From positions 1 through 50,772 of the forward strand of contig JBNJGH010000010.1 of assembly GCA_051747585.1 (NCBI GenBank): a stretch of 50,772 nt of DNA, written 5' to 3'. The translations under genes and the position numbers were made by a program. Positions within the stretch are counted from its first letter, which is position 1, and each line of letters begins with the position of its first letter. This DNA is from Candidatus Rifleibacteriota bacterium. GTDB taxonomy: Bacteria; Muiribacteriota; Ozemobacteria; Ozemobacterales; Ozemobacteraceae. Shown one piece after another: positions 36,966 to 45,466 of this stretch. The notes beneath the pieces were generated by a model that was given only the letters and a program-made list of their open reading frames with translations, was not told the DNA's origin and searched no databases.

Positions 36966-37850
36966 TTAATCCTCATCAGATACAGTTTCCTGGTCTTCTA
37001 AAAACAAATTATTTTCTTTATAAGCTTTTTCTATTGTAACTTTTCCAAATGTGCCCGCCTGAAAACGTTTGATAATATCGGCAGAAGCCCGATGGCTATC
37101 GGGAATGCCACCTTTCTGAATAAAATTCATTTTGACGGCATAATCAGAAATAAACTTATCAAACTTATTTTCAGAACCAGCAAGACCGGGAATTAAATCA
37201 GCACAATCGGTTCTAAGCAAAACTTCGCATAAAAGCCTTGCCTGTTCATAAGAATCGTCATCGCGATTGGGTATGGTGTTAATAAGTCTTAAAATGTTCC
37301 CTCGGCGAATCAATGAGAAGTCCATAATTCCCGGCAAATCAAGCAGTTCAAGTTTTCCTGCCAGCTTAATCCACTGAATGCTGCGGGTAACTCCAGGCTT
37401 ATTAGCTGCCTTGGCAGCCTTTCGACCAGCGAGAGAATTGATTAACGTCGACTTACCAACATTGGGAATACCAATTATCATTACCCTTCTAACTTTTCTG
37501 GCGGGCGCTTTTTCGCCTTCTTTTGTAGTAAAAGCGATTTTCTGCAAAAGATTGCGCAGTTTTTTTACCGGGGCTCTGCTACGAGAATCTAAAGCTACAC
37601 ATGCCAGGCCCTGGCTTTTATATCTTTTGATCCACCTGATAGTCTCTTCGGGGTCGGCAAGATCAGATTTTCCCATGGCAATTATGGTTTTCTTGCCAAG
37701 CCGCTCGGTCAAACCAGCGACCCTGGAGCCTTCAGGCATACGAGCGTCAACCAGCTCTATTACCAGATCAACAACCGGAAGGAATTTATCGATTGACCTG
37801 AAAGCTTTTTTAATATGTCCGGGAATTTCTTTTTTCATAGGCATCTGCAA
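36966..37850 (-). CDS. rbgA: Ribosome biogenesis GTPase RbgA/YlqF (start may be 37844 or 37838)
   Basis: PGH, DAR, GIPNVGKS, PGVT, DLPG in circularly permuted order. Located after lepB. Confidence 0.9.
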   Translation of the reverse strand: MQMPMKKEIPGHIKKAFRSIDKFLPVVDLVIELVDARMPEGSRVAGLTERLGKKTIIAMGKSDLADPEETIRWIKRYKSQGLACVALDSRSRAPVKKLRNLLQKIAFTTKEGEKAPARKVRRVMIIGIPNVGKSTLINSLAGRKAAKAANKPGVTRSIQWIKLAGKLELLDLPGIMDFSLIRRGNILRLINTIPNRDDDSYEQARLLCEVLLRTDCADLIPGLAGSENKFDKFISDYAVKMNFIQKGGIPDSHRASADIIKRFQAGTFGKVTIEKAYKENNLFLEDQETVSDED

Positions 37851-37856
37851 TTATTT

Positions 37857-38888
37857 TCAGTTGCTGTAAATTTCGGAATTGATAACGTTTCTTTCGCCAA
37901 CAGGGCCAACCTCCGGGTGCGGATAACTTCGTATCGGGTGAATCCTGTTAGTTGGCAGATAAGCAAAAATGGCCTGCCCTTTTAAATTGTCCAATGGCAT
38001 CGGCCCCCAGTATCTACTGTCAGCACTGTTATTACGATTGTCACCCAAACAGAAAACGGTTCCTTCGGGAACCATAGTCTCATAATCTGTTACGGGCGGT
38101 TCAGCAATGTAAGGTTCACGCAAAGCAGTTCCGTTAACGTAAACTATACCATCTTTAATCACAATATGATCACCACCAAGACCTATTACCCTTTTAATAT
38201 AGTCTTTTGCAGGATTAGACTTGTCAGGATCAGGATATTTAAAAACTATTATATCTCCCCTTTGGGGTTTCTTCAGCCATATTCTTGGTCCGAAGGGCAA
38301 TCTACCATCAAGCGACAGATCGATAACATAAGCGAATCGACTTACCAGAATACGATCACCATTTCTCACCAGCTTCTCACTAAAAGGTTCGCGTTTCTCA
38401 CCCAGTAGAGTGGGTTCCATACTTCCGGTGGGGATCCAGAACGCCTGAACAACAAGACTTCTAATTATAATTGCAAGTATAAAAGCAATATAAATTGTCT
38501 CGTTCCATTCACGGAACGAGCCTTTATAATGAAGCTCAAACTGCTTGCTGTCATAAACGGCAACCTCATCATCAGGGTCGATCAAGCTTACTACCAATTT
38601 ATTAACACCACTATGAAGTTTTAAATTGGTACGAAACCGACCTCTATTTATCTCAACCTGTTGCTCATTTTTTTTGCTGATAAAAAAAGGAAAATATTTC
38701 TGTTCAATTCGCAGCAGAGCATTTCCTGCCAGCTTTCCGCTGACACTTCCAGACAGCTGCAGGTCTCTTTCGGCCAGAACCTCTTCAGTATCCAGGGCCT
38801 CGAGAGGTATTACCTGCTCTGCATAGCGAATAGACAGATCATGAATAAACACTCCGGCTTTTGAGCCGGAAGAGGTTGATTCCTGCAA
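37857..38888 (-). CDS. lepB: Signal peptidase I with an N-terminal extra domain
   Basis: TGSMEPTL (Ser), DYIKRVIG (Lys), GDNRNNSADSRYWG. Confidence 0.93.
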   Translation of the reverse strand: MQESTSSGSKAGVFIHDLSIRYAEQVIPLEALDTEEVLAERDLQLSGSVSGKLAGNALLRIEQKYFPFFISKKNEQQVEINRGRFRTNLKLHSGVNKLVVSLIDPDDEVAVYDSKQFELHYKGSFREWNETIYIAFILAIIIRSLVVQAFWIPTGSMEPTLLGEKREPFSEKLVRNGDRILVSRFAYVIDLSLDGRLPFGPRIWLKKPQRGDIIVFKYPDPDKSNPAKDYIKRVIGLGGDHIVIKDGIVYVNGTALREPYIAEPPVTDYETMVPEGTVFCLGDNRNNSADSRYWGPMPLDNLKGQAIFAYLPTNRIHPIRSYPHPEVGPVGERNVINSEIYSN

Positions 38889-38890
38889 GA

Positions 38891-39259
38891 TCAGTTTTTA
38901 CCCTTAGCAAAAATTTTATCTTTAACACGGGTTTTCTTACCGACTCTTCCACGCAGATAGTAAAGTTTTCCTCTAGCAACTTTACCCCGGCGCATAACTT
39001 TGACTGAAGCAATGTTTGGAGAATGAAGCATAAAGGTTCTTTCTACGCCTACGCCATAAGAAATCTTTCTTACAGTGAAGTTTTCGCGCAGACCGGCATA
39101 ACGTTTTGCAATAACAACGCCTTCAAAAGCCTGCAATCTTTCTTTTTCACCTTCTCTTACCTTGATTTCCATGCGAATGGTATCGCCGGGAAAAAAAGAA
39201 GGTTGGTCACTCTTATTTTTCTGATAGTTTCTTTCAATACTTTCTATAACAGGATTCAT
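38891..39259 (-). CDS. rplS: 50S ribosomal protein L19
   Basis: [30 protein letters not shown]. Confidence 0.98.
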   Translation of the reverse strand: MNPVIESIERNYQKNKSDQPSFFPGDTIRMEIKVREGEKERLQAFEGVVIAKRYAGLRENFTVRKISYGVGVERTFMLHSPNIASVKVMRRGKVARGKLYYLRGRVGKKTRVKDKIFAKGKN

Positions 39260-39295
39260 TGATAAAACTCCTTCCGGAATAATTTTAAATTTTAT

Positions 39296-40033
39296 TTAAG
39301 ATTCAGAACTGCTTTTTAACAGATCCTGCAACAAGTCACGATCTTCTTGTGTTAGTTCTGCAGTTCCAAACACATCGGGTCTGTTAACAGCGGTAGACAA
39401 CAAAGACTTTTTACGTCGCCAGCTTTCGATGAGTGCATGATTGCCTTCCAGCAGCAGACCCGGCACTGATTTTCCCTGCCAGTTTGCCGGCCTGGTAAAT
39501 TGCGGGTGATCCAGAAGTCCCTGGTAAAAGGAATCCTGCTCAACCGACTCCTGTCTTCCTACTGTGCCCGGGATCATACGAGAGATGGCATCGACAACAG
39601 TCATTGCTGCGATTTCACCTCCGGTTAACACATAATCACCAATAGACAGCTGTAAATCAAACTCAGAAACAATTCTTTCGTCAAAACCTTCGTAACGTCC
39701 GCAAACTAGAATCAGTCTGTCGAATTCTGCCAAAGAACGTGCAACATCCTGATTAAACTGAACACCCTGAGGAGTTAATCCAATAACTGGAGCGACTACC
39801 CCGGAGTTTCTGACCTTTTGGAAACAGTTAATCAAAGGTCCGGGTTTAAGAACCATTCCCGGGCCACCGCCAAAGGCGGTATCATCAACGGTCTTGTGTC
39901 GGCCATCGCCAAAATCACGAAAGTTATGAATGTTAATTTCGATCAGGCCGCTTCTGACAGCTGATCCGAGAACACTTTCATTAAATACATTGTCAAAGAT
40001 CCCAGGCAGAAGGGTTATAAGATCTACCTGCAT
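39296..40033 (-). CDS. trmD: tRNA (guanine-37-N1)-methyltransferase
   Basis: VDD..FGGGPGMV, CGRYEGFDER, SIGDYVLTGGE. ATG 40033 follows the rimM stop. Confidence 0.97.
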   Translation of the reverse strand: MQVDLITLLPGIFDNVFNESVLGSAVRSGLIEINIHNFRDFGDGRHKTVDDTAFGGGPGMVLKPGPLINCFQKVRNSGVVAPVIGLTPQGVQFNQDVARSLAEFDRLILVCGRYEGFDERIVSEFDLQLSIGDYVLTGGEIAAMTVVDAISRMIPGTVGRQESVEQDSFYQGLLDHPQFTRPANWQGKSVPGLLLEGNHALIESWRRKKSLLSTAVNRPDVFGTAELTQEDRDLLQDLLKSSSES

Positions 40034-40034
40034 T

Positions 40035-40610
40035 TTAATTTTTCGGCACATGAGTAATCAGGTCATCACTCAATTTCAAATAGCCCCCGCTCTTGCTTAT
40101 TTCAGCAAAGAACACCTTGCGAAAAGGAATCAACACCTCACCATAATCAGGGCTGTCAATCACCAGGTATGGCGACGGAACTTCAGCCTCAAGACTTTTA
40201 ATCGTCCCGGCCTTTTTACCATCCGGTGCCAGCAAATCAAGACCTTTTATCTCATCAGGATAAAAGCTTTGATCGCCTGCTTCTCTTCTTTCGCTTTTGG
40301 GGATTACAATGTAATCACCAACAATCGAAGAAGCTGCATCACAATCGGCAAAGTCGGCAAGCTTAAGTTCTATAAAACCTTGCCTGAAATGCTTACGAAC
40401 TTCATCAATTTTACAAGGCAAAAAAGAGCCATTGTCTTTTTGCAAATGAAACTCGGCGCCTTCAACAAATCTGTGAGGAAAATCGGTCAGAATACTCACT
40501 CTAACCCATCCCTCGAGACCGACGGTTCTCAACACCCTGGCTACAGGGACCCAGGAAGAATCTTTCTGAGTGACATCGGCCTTGTACTTGAAAACTCCTG
40601 ACTGTTTCAT
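40035..40610 (-). CDS. rimM: Ribosome maturation factor RimM
   Basis: GLEGWVRV...TDFP.RF, FY.DEI.GL, EVLIPF. Conserved synteny. Confidence 0.9.
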   Translation of the reverse strand: MKQSGVFKYKADVTQKDSSWVPVARVLRTVGLEGWVRVSILTDFPHRFVEGAEFHLQKDNGSFLPCKIDEVRKHFRQGFIELKLADFADCDAASSIVGDYIVIPKSERREAGDQSFYPDEIKGLDLLAPDGKKAGTIKSLEAEVPSPYLVIDSPDYGEVLIPFRKVFFAEISKSGGYLKLSDDLITHVPKN

Positions 40611-40634
40611 ACTACAAAATAGTTTAAGTTAACC

Positions 40635-40874
40635 TCAAACCAGTTCCATTATTACTTTTTTTGCTCCGGTATTAGCAGATGATCTGATAATGGTTCTCAA
40701 AGCATTAATAGTTCTGCCTTTTTTTCCGATTACCTTACCAGTATCATCAGAGTGAACCTGAACTTCAAAGACTATAGTACTGTCTCCCTCTATTGGAGAA
40801 ACAACGACTTCATCTGGATGTTCGACCAGAGCTTTAATCAGCTTTTCGAGCATACTCTGAACAGCTGTTGTCAT
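40635..40874 (-). CDS. khpA: KH-domain RNA-binding protein KhpA
   Basis: D.GKVIGKKGRTINALR. Sits between rpsP and rimM. GGAG RBS before ATG 40874. Confidence 0.93.
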   Translation of the reverse strand: MTTAVQSMLEKLIKALVEHPDEVVVSPIEGDSTIVFEVQVHSDDTGKVIGKKGRTINALRTIIRSSANTGAKKVIMELV

Positions 40875-40901
40875 AGAAACACACTCCAAACTTTCACAGA
40901 A

Positions 40902-41201
40902 TTAGTCGCGTTTGGTCCAGACAAATCTGGCTTTACCACTGGCATTTTTCTGCTGAACTTTAACAATACCCTTTTGTTTGAGCAAACCTCTAACGGTTTC
41001 AGAAGGAACCGCACCCTTATTTAAAAGGTCCAGAACTGTATCTTCTTCAATATCAAGACCAGCAGGCTCGGTTAAGGGCGTATACTGACCAAGGTTTTCG
41101 AGGGTTTTACCGTCGCGGGTTTTGCGATTGTCGAGAGCGACAATACGGTAACAGGGGCGATGTTTTGTTCCAAGCATTTTCAGTCTGATTGAAACGGCCA
41201 T
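40902..41201 (-). CDS. rpsP: 30S ribosomal protein S16
   Basis: MAVSIRL..G.K.RP.YRIV, RDG..LE.LG.Y.P, GA.PSETV. Confidence 0.97.
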   Translation of the reverse strand: MAVSIRLKMLGTKHRPCYRIVALDNRKTRDGKTLENLGQYTPLTEPAGLDIEEDTVLDLLNKGAVPSETVRGLLKQKGIVKVQQKNASGKARFVWTKRD

Positions 41202-41246
41202 TTGATATAACTCCTTTTTTAATTCTAAAACCGCATAAAGCGGCGC

Positions 41247-42584
41247 TTACATTCCTAAAAATTTGGACATTCGGGATTTCTTCTTACCCATACTGCCAAG
41301 TTGTTTCATCATTTTACGCATCTGTGCGAATTGCTTCAGTAGTTGATTAATATCTTGAACTTCGTTGCCACTGCCTTTGGCGATTCTTTTGCGTCTCGAA
41401 CCATCTATAAGATCAGGATTGTTTCTTTCTGCATTTGTCATAGAAAGAACAATAGCTTCAAACTTTTTAAACCTTTTATCATCGAAAGAAAACTCAGAAA
41501 GATTTCCCGCACCTGAAAGACCGGGAATCATACCCAGAAGCTGATCAAGCGGGCCCATCTTTTTAATTTGATTCAACTGATAAAGAAAATCATTAAAATT
41601 AAACTCTGCCTCGAGAACCCTTTTCTCCATCTCTTTCATTTTCTCTTCATCCATGTTGGCCTGGGCTTTCTCGATCAGAGTCAAGACATCACCCATACCA
41701 AGGATACGCTGAGCCATACGCTCAGGAAAGAAAGGCTCAAGGGCGGAAGCTTTTTCACCAAGCCCGACAAATTTAACAGGCTTACCGGTAACTTCCCTTA
41801 TTGATAGAGCGGCACCGCCACGAGCATCACCGTCGAGCTTGGTCAATATCAGGCCCGAAAGCTCGAGTATTTCATTAAAACTCTTTGCCATCTTAACGGC
41901 ATCCTGACCGGTCATTGCATCAACTACCAGCAGGACTTCATGAGGCGCGGCCACTTCTTTTAGCTCACGAATTTCACCCATCATTTGCTCGTCTATGTGC
42001 AAACGACCGGCAGTATCAAGAATCACAGTATCAAGGTCTTGTTCGCGAGCGTGCTCAATAGCTTTTCTGGCTATTTCCGCAGGCCGGGTTCCGTCTTCGC
42101 CGGTAAAAACATCCATACTAAGCTGATCACCTAAAACCTGAAGCTGCTTAATAGCTGCTGGCCGATAAATATCGCAGGCAACCAGCAAAGGATTTTTCTT
42201 TTCGTGCTTTCTAAGATAAAGACCAAGTTTGGCTGTTGTAGTTGTCTTACCAGAACCCTGAAGACCAGCCATCATAATAACAGTAGGCTTCTTAGATGAA
42301 ACTGTTAATTTTTCACGCTCTTTACCTAAGAGATTAGTAAGCTCTTCGAGGACAATTTTAACAACCTGCTGGGTAGGAGTCAGGCTTTTGAGGATTTCAG
42401 ACCCAACAGCCTTTTCTTTAACGCTTTTTACGAATTTTTTGACAACTTTAAAGTTGACATCTGCTTCCAGCAATGCCATTTTGACTTCGTTAAGCGCTGC
42501 ATTAATATCTTTTTCAGTAAGTTTCCCCGATTTTCGCAGCTTGTCGAATACCGAAGAAAGCTTCTCAGAAAGACTCTGAAACAT
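41247..42584 (-). CDS. ffh: Signal recognition particle protein Ffh
   Basis: GLQGSGKTT, DTAGR, TKLDGDARGG, Met-rich M domain. Confidence 0.98.
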   Translation of the reverse strand: MFQSLSEKLSSVFDKLRKSGKLTEKDINAALNEVKMALLEADVNFKVVKKFVKSVKEKAVGSEILKSLTPTQQVVKIVLEELTNLLGKEREKLTVSSKKPTVIMMAGLQGSGKTTTTAKLGLYLRKHEKKNPLLVACDIYRPAAIKQLQVLGDQLSMDVFTGEDGTRPAEIARKAIEHAREQDLDTVILDTAGRLHIDEQMMGEIRELKEVAAPHEVLLVVDAMTGQDAVKMAKSFNEILELSGLILTKLDGDARGGAALSIREVTGKPVKFVGLGEKASALEPFFPERMAQRILGMGDVLTLIEKAQANMDEEKMKEMEKRVLEAEFNFNDFLYQLNQIKKMGPLDQLLGMIPGLSGAGNLSEFSFDDKRFKKFEAIVLSMTNAERNNPDLIDGSRRKRIAKGSGNEVQDINQLLKQFAQMRKMMKQLGSMGKKKSRMSKFLGM

Positions 42585-42630
42585 TTACAAGACTCCTTTT
42601 TTAATAACTCAGAGCATAGACGGAACGGTT

Positions 42631-42659
42631 AGTATAGCTCACACTGTAGTCTAAGTCAA
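42631..42659 (-). promoter_or_regulatory. sigma70-type promoter of the ffh operon
   Basis: Minus strand TTGACT-N17-TATACT. Confidence 0.75.
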
Positions 42660-42712
42660 GATGTTTCCGTACCCTGTCGATAATTAAAAGTAGCAAACAA
42701 GTTCTTTTTAGT

Positions 42713-42814
42713 TTGACAAATCTATTTCACTATACTTAGACTCAACTAGTATAAGTTAACTGAAACTTAATTTATTATTTTTTGTTGACAGGTTTTTTAA
42801 AGTATGTCTATATT
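42713..42814 (+). promoter_or_regulatory. Two candidate sigma70 promoters for the polyacidic gene
   Basis: TTGACA-N18-TAGACT (42713-42742) and TTGACA-N18-TATATT (42785-42814). Confidence 0.5.
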
Positions 42815-42874
42815 GCATGCAAATTACTTTTGAATTAATCATTCTATCGTTTTAAAGAGAAAGGGGTTATCGTC

Positions 42875-43243
42875 ATGCCAACCATGCTCGAAAAGGAAGA
42901 AATAAAAGTACTCGCCTCCCAGATCGACTGGGACGACCTTGATGACACTGATGACGACGAAGACGATCTTGAAGACGACTTCGATGATTTTGACGATGAA
43001 GATCTTATAGATGACGAAGACGAAGACGACTTGAACGACGAAGACGATGATTTTGATGACGACTTCGACGACGAAGACGATGACTTCGATGATGACGAAG
43101 ATGACTTCGACGACGACGAAGACGACTTCGATGATGACTTAGATGACGACATAGACGAGGATGAGGAAGAGGAAGAGGATTTTGAAGACTTTGATGATTT
43201 TGACGATGAAGACGACGACGAAGACGATGACGATTTAGAATAA
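42875..43243 (+). CDS. Small poly-Asp/Glu protein (about 71% D+E)
   Basis: AAAGGGG RBS, own promoter and terminator. Synonymous GAT/GAC variation across the repeats supports coding on the + strand. Confidence 0.8.
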   Translation: MPTMLEKEEIKVLASQIDWDDLDDTDDDEDDLEDDFDDFDDEDLIDDEDEDDLNDEDDDFDDDFDDEDDDFDDDEDDFDDDEDDFDDDLDDDIDEDEEEEEDFEDFDDFDDEDDDEDDDDLE

Positions 43244-43291
43244 GCAGTCTCAGATTTCAGACGATTCCTTTCAATTTTATAAATAAAACAC

Positions 43292-43332
43292 CAGACCAGA
43301 AAACGGTTCTTCGTTCTCTGGTCTGTTTTATT
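43292..43332 (+). terminator. Terminator of the polyacidic gene
   Basis: CAGACCAGA-AAACG...CGTTC-TCTGGTCTG followed by TTTTATT. Confidence 0.7.
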
Positions 43333-43377
43333 CAATGTTGTTAGCGCAAAAAAGATGCAGGCGCAAGCAAAGATGCC

Positions 43378-43427
43378 AAAAAACGACTAACCCACCTGCT
43401 GCTACAAAAGATGAGTTAGTCGTTTTT
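43378..43427 (-). terminator. Terminator of the 43457-44041 gene
   Basis: AAAAACGACTAAC...GTTAGTCGTTTTT. The stem is extended by G.U pairs only on the minus strand. Confidence 0.7.
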
Positions 43428-43456
43428 AATTTTAATCCCGATAATTTATTTAAGAA

Positions 43457-44041
43457 TCAATAATTATTTCTTTGAATCCAATAGCGGGTTTTTTCTTCTT
43501 CCAGGATTCTACCAATATCACCTTCAGAAATTCCAAACTCTTTTATATCTGGCCGGTTGATTAACCCCAACCACTCTTCATGATTCCACTGTCCACTACG
43601 CTGATAAACAAATTCACGAATTTTAGCAAGCAAAATTTCTTCAGGACTTGGTTTTGGAGGTTTAACAGCCGCTTTTCGACTTTTTGCAGCTGGTTTCTCA
43701 GGCTTCTTACTTTCTGCCTCGTCGGAACCAGAAAAAGAATAAACCTTCAAGCCCTTTCTCTTACCTTTTTCTACCAGGTAATTTTCTCGAACCATAGCCT
43801 GAAAAAGTCGATACATTGAACCTTTTTCATTCTTGTCGAGCTTACCTTTAAAAAGGTCGCGGTTAACATCATTGGCAGTAAGGTCATCGCGACCCTCAAT
43901 GTACCTCATGATTTTTTTTACATTTTTGGAAATAATCTGATGCAAATGGATGTTACGATCTTTATCGCACCGCCTTTTATTGCGCGTGCCCTCAACAACA
44001 CCCTTGCAAAAGGGAAGTTCACATGTTCTCTTTCGTCCCAC
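43457..44041 (-). CDS. Basic hypothetical protein, putative Zn-binding N-terminus plus winged-helix-like domain
   Basis: GTG start with GAGGT RBS. C7-x4-C12...C25...H32xH34. LTANDV..LF......MYRLF..MV.ENYL.......VY wHTH-like pattern. K/P/A linker and a C-terminal helical domain (W.HEEWL). Confidence 0.55.
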   Translation of the reverse strand: MGRKRTCELPFCKGVVEGTRNKRRCDKDRNIHLHQIISKNVKKIMRYIEGRDDLTANDVNRDLFKGKLDKNEKGSMYRLFQAMVRENYLVEKGKRKGLKVYSFSGSDEAESKKPEKPAAKSRKAAVKPPKPSPEEILLAKIREFVYQRSGQWNHEEWLGLINRPDIKEFGISEGDIGRILEEEKTRYWIQRNNY

Positions 44042-44314
44042 AATACTACCTCTACATTAAATTCACTTTGTATACCAAAGAGTACACCAATTCATTTCGT
44101 AATAGATTAACCAAGCATTGCACTGTTGTCAACTTAAATTTTTGCGACTATTCGTGCTTACCTGCAGCAATTTTTATACAGACCTGAACTTACTTCCTAC
44201 ACTTATGTATTTTCCTGCTTTACAAATTTCAAGCTTTTACAGGTAAATAAATTTAGTATAGATTTGTTATAAAATCACTTTTAATATTTTTATACAAGAA
44301 GGTGCAACAAAAAA

Positions 44315-44905
44315 ATGTCAGTTGATAACAAAATTTTCTTAACGGAAGCGAAACAGAAATCAGGTAACGCGATAAGCCCGATTTTTGGTCTGATTATGAT
44401 AGCTTTTGCATTTGTCGGAACTTATGCAATTTCAAGCATCAATGATGATCTGGGCATTGCCGAAAAACTGACTTTTTCTACCATTATGGCAGTAATGATA
44501 TATATCCCTGGAATTTTTCTCTTTCAACGTTTTGCTTTTGTTGTTACTAATAAAGAAGTTAGATGGGAAACTGCTATAATTCCCGGCATCTGGGTGCAAA
44601 AATGGAAAGAACCTGTATCTAACTATCGGGGCATTTTTCTTCAAAGGACAAAACCGGTAATTGGATTTTTGTACCCAAGATTTTGCCCTTATAATGCTGT
44701 TTTTCCCAAAAAGATACAGAGTGAAAGCATAAGCGAAAGCGATAAAAAATTCAACGCAAGCAATTTCGTTGTTATTACCCTCAAACATAAATTCGACTCA
44801 AATAAAGATCTGGCTCTTAAATCTTTTCCGGGCACCTCACAAAACGACATCAATGCCTTCTGCGAATCGGCCAGGAAACAACTTGGCCTGGAACGTTTGA
44901 ATTAA
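44315..44905 (+). CDS. Hypothetical membrane protein (2 TM + soluble domain)
   Basis: AAGG RBS and two hydrophobic helices at the N-terminus. Confidence 0.65.
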   Translation: MSVDNKIFLTEAKQKSGNAISPIFGLIMIAFAFVGTYAISSINDDLGIAEKLTFSTIMAVMIYIPGIFLFQRFAFVVTNKEVRWETAIIPGIWVQKWKEPVSNYRGIFLQRTKPVIGFLYPRFCPYNAVFPKKIQSESISESDKKFNASNFVVITLKHKFDSNKDLALKSFPGTSQNDINAFCESARKQLGLERLN

Positions 44906-45088
44906 ATGCAAGAAAAAATCGAATTCCAATCCTGATACTGGATTGCAATGTTGTTCAGATGTCGCTATTAATATAGGAGTCGATTAGCCTGGAATTCCTG
45001 AGGATTTTTTCAGCTATTCTCGGTCAATTATTATCATCTGGTTACCAAAAGTTCTGGTATTATTTCTTTCTGTCAAATATAGAATTTA

Positions 45089-45329
45089 AACCACTGAGGC
45101 CACCGAGGGCTCAGAGTTGATTTTTTAATCTTTATTAGCCAGGATTTGTCCTGTGGACAAATAGCCGGCGGTTTCACCGCCCGGCTTTTCCTTCTTCAGC
45201 AAGCCTTCAGAAAAGCACTCGTGTTTTTCTGAAGGCTTGCTGAAGAAGGAAACAATGGCTGAAAAAAATTCTCCGTGGTTCTCTGTGCGCTCTGTGGTTA
45301 TTTTCTTTGCGGCTTTGAGGCTTCGTGAG
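45089..45329. repeat. Nested palindromic repeat element (REPIN/MITE-like)
   Basis: Inverted CACAGAG-periodic arms (45089-45116 and 45271-45299) enclose hairpins 45144-45162 and 45163-45186 and a 66-bp near-perfect palindrome at 45187-45252. A CTTTGCG-type periodic repeat follows at about 45303-45329. Confidence 0.75.
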
Positions 45330-45398
45330 AGGAATATTCTTTTTTTGAAACAAGCTGATAGTGGCTAACCGAGAATTGCTGGTATTTTTCGGCAAAAA

Positions 45399-45427
45399 TT
45401 GCCCTGCATTTATTAATATTGTATAAT
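45399..45427 (+). promoter_or_regulatory. sigma70-type promoter of the galT-like pair
   Basis: TTGCCC-N17-TATAAT. Confidence 0.65.
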
Positions 45428-45466
45428 CGCTCATATCTGACATTAATCCGGGAAGGAACACAACAG

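Noticed and set aside
43040..43140. 21-nt tandem repeats as a possible CRISPR or VNTR array
   Set aside because: No spacers and no cas genes. Variation is at synonymous positions of Asp codons, so these are coding repeats.
42844..43335. 163-aa poly-Ser ORF on the minus strand
   Set aside because: It is the antisense shadow of the GAY/GAR-rich polyacidic gene. The RBS, promoter and terminator all support the + strand ORF.
45207..45461. 84-aa minus-strand ORF
   Set aside because: It runs through the palindromic repeats and the galT promoter, with no RBS or recognisable motif.
45419..45466. TTG-started N-terminal extension of galT paralog 1
   Set aside because: It overlaps the -10 box. The paralog alignment and RBS support ATG 45467.
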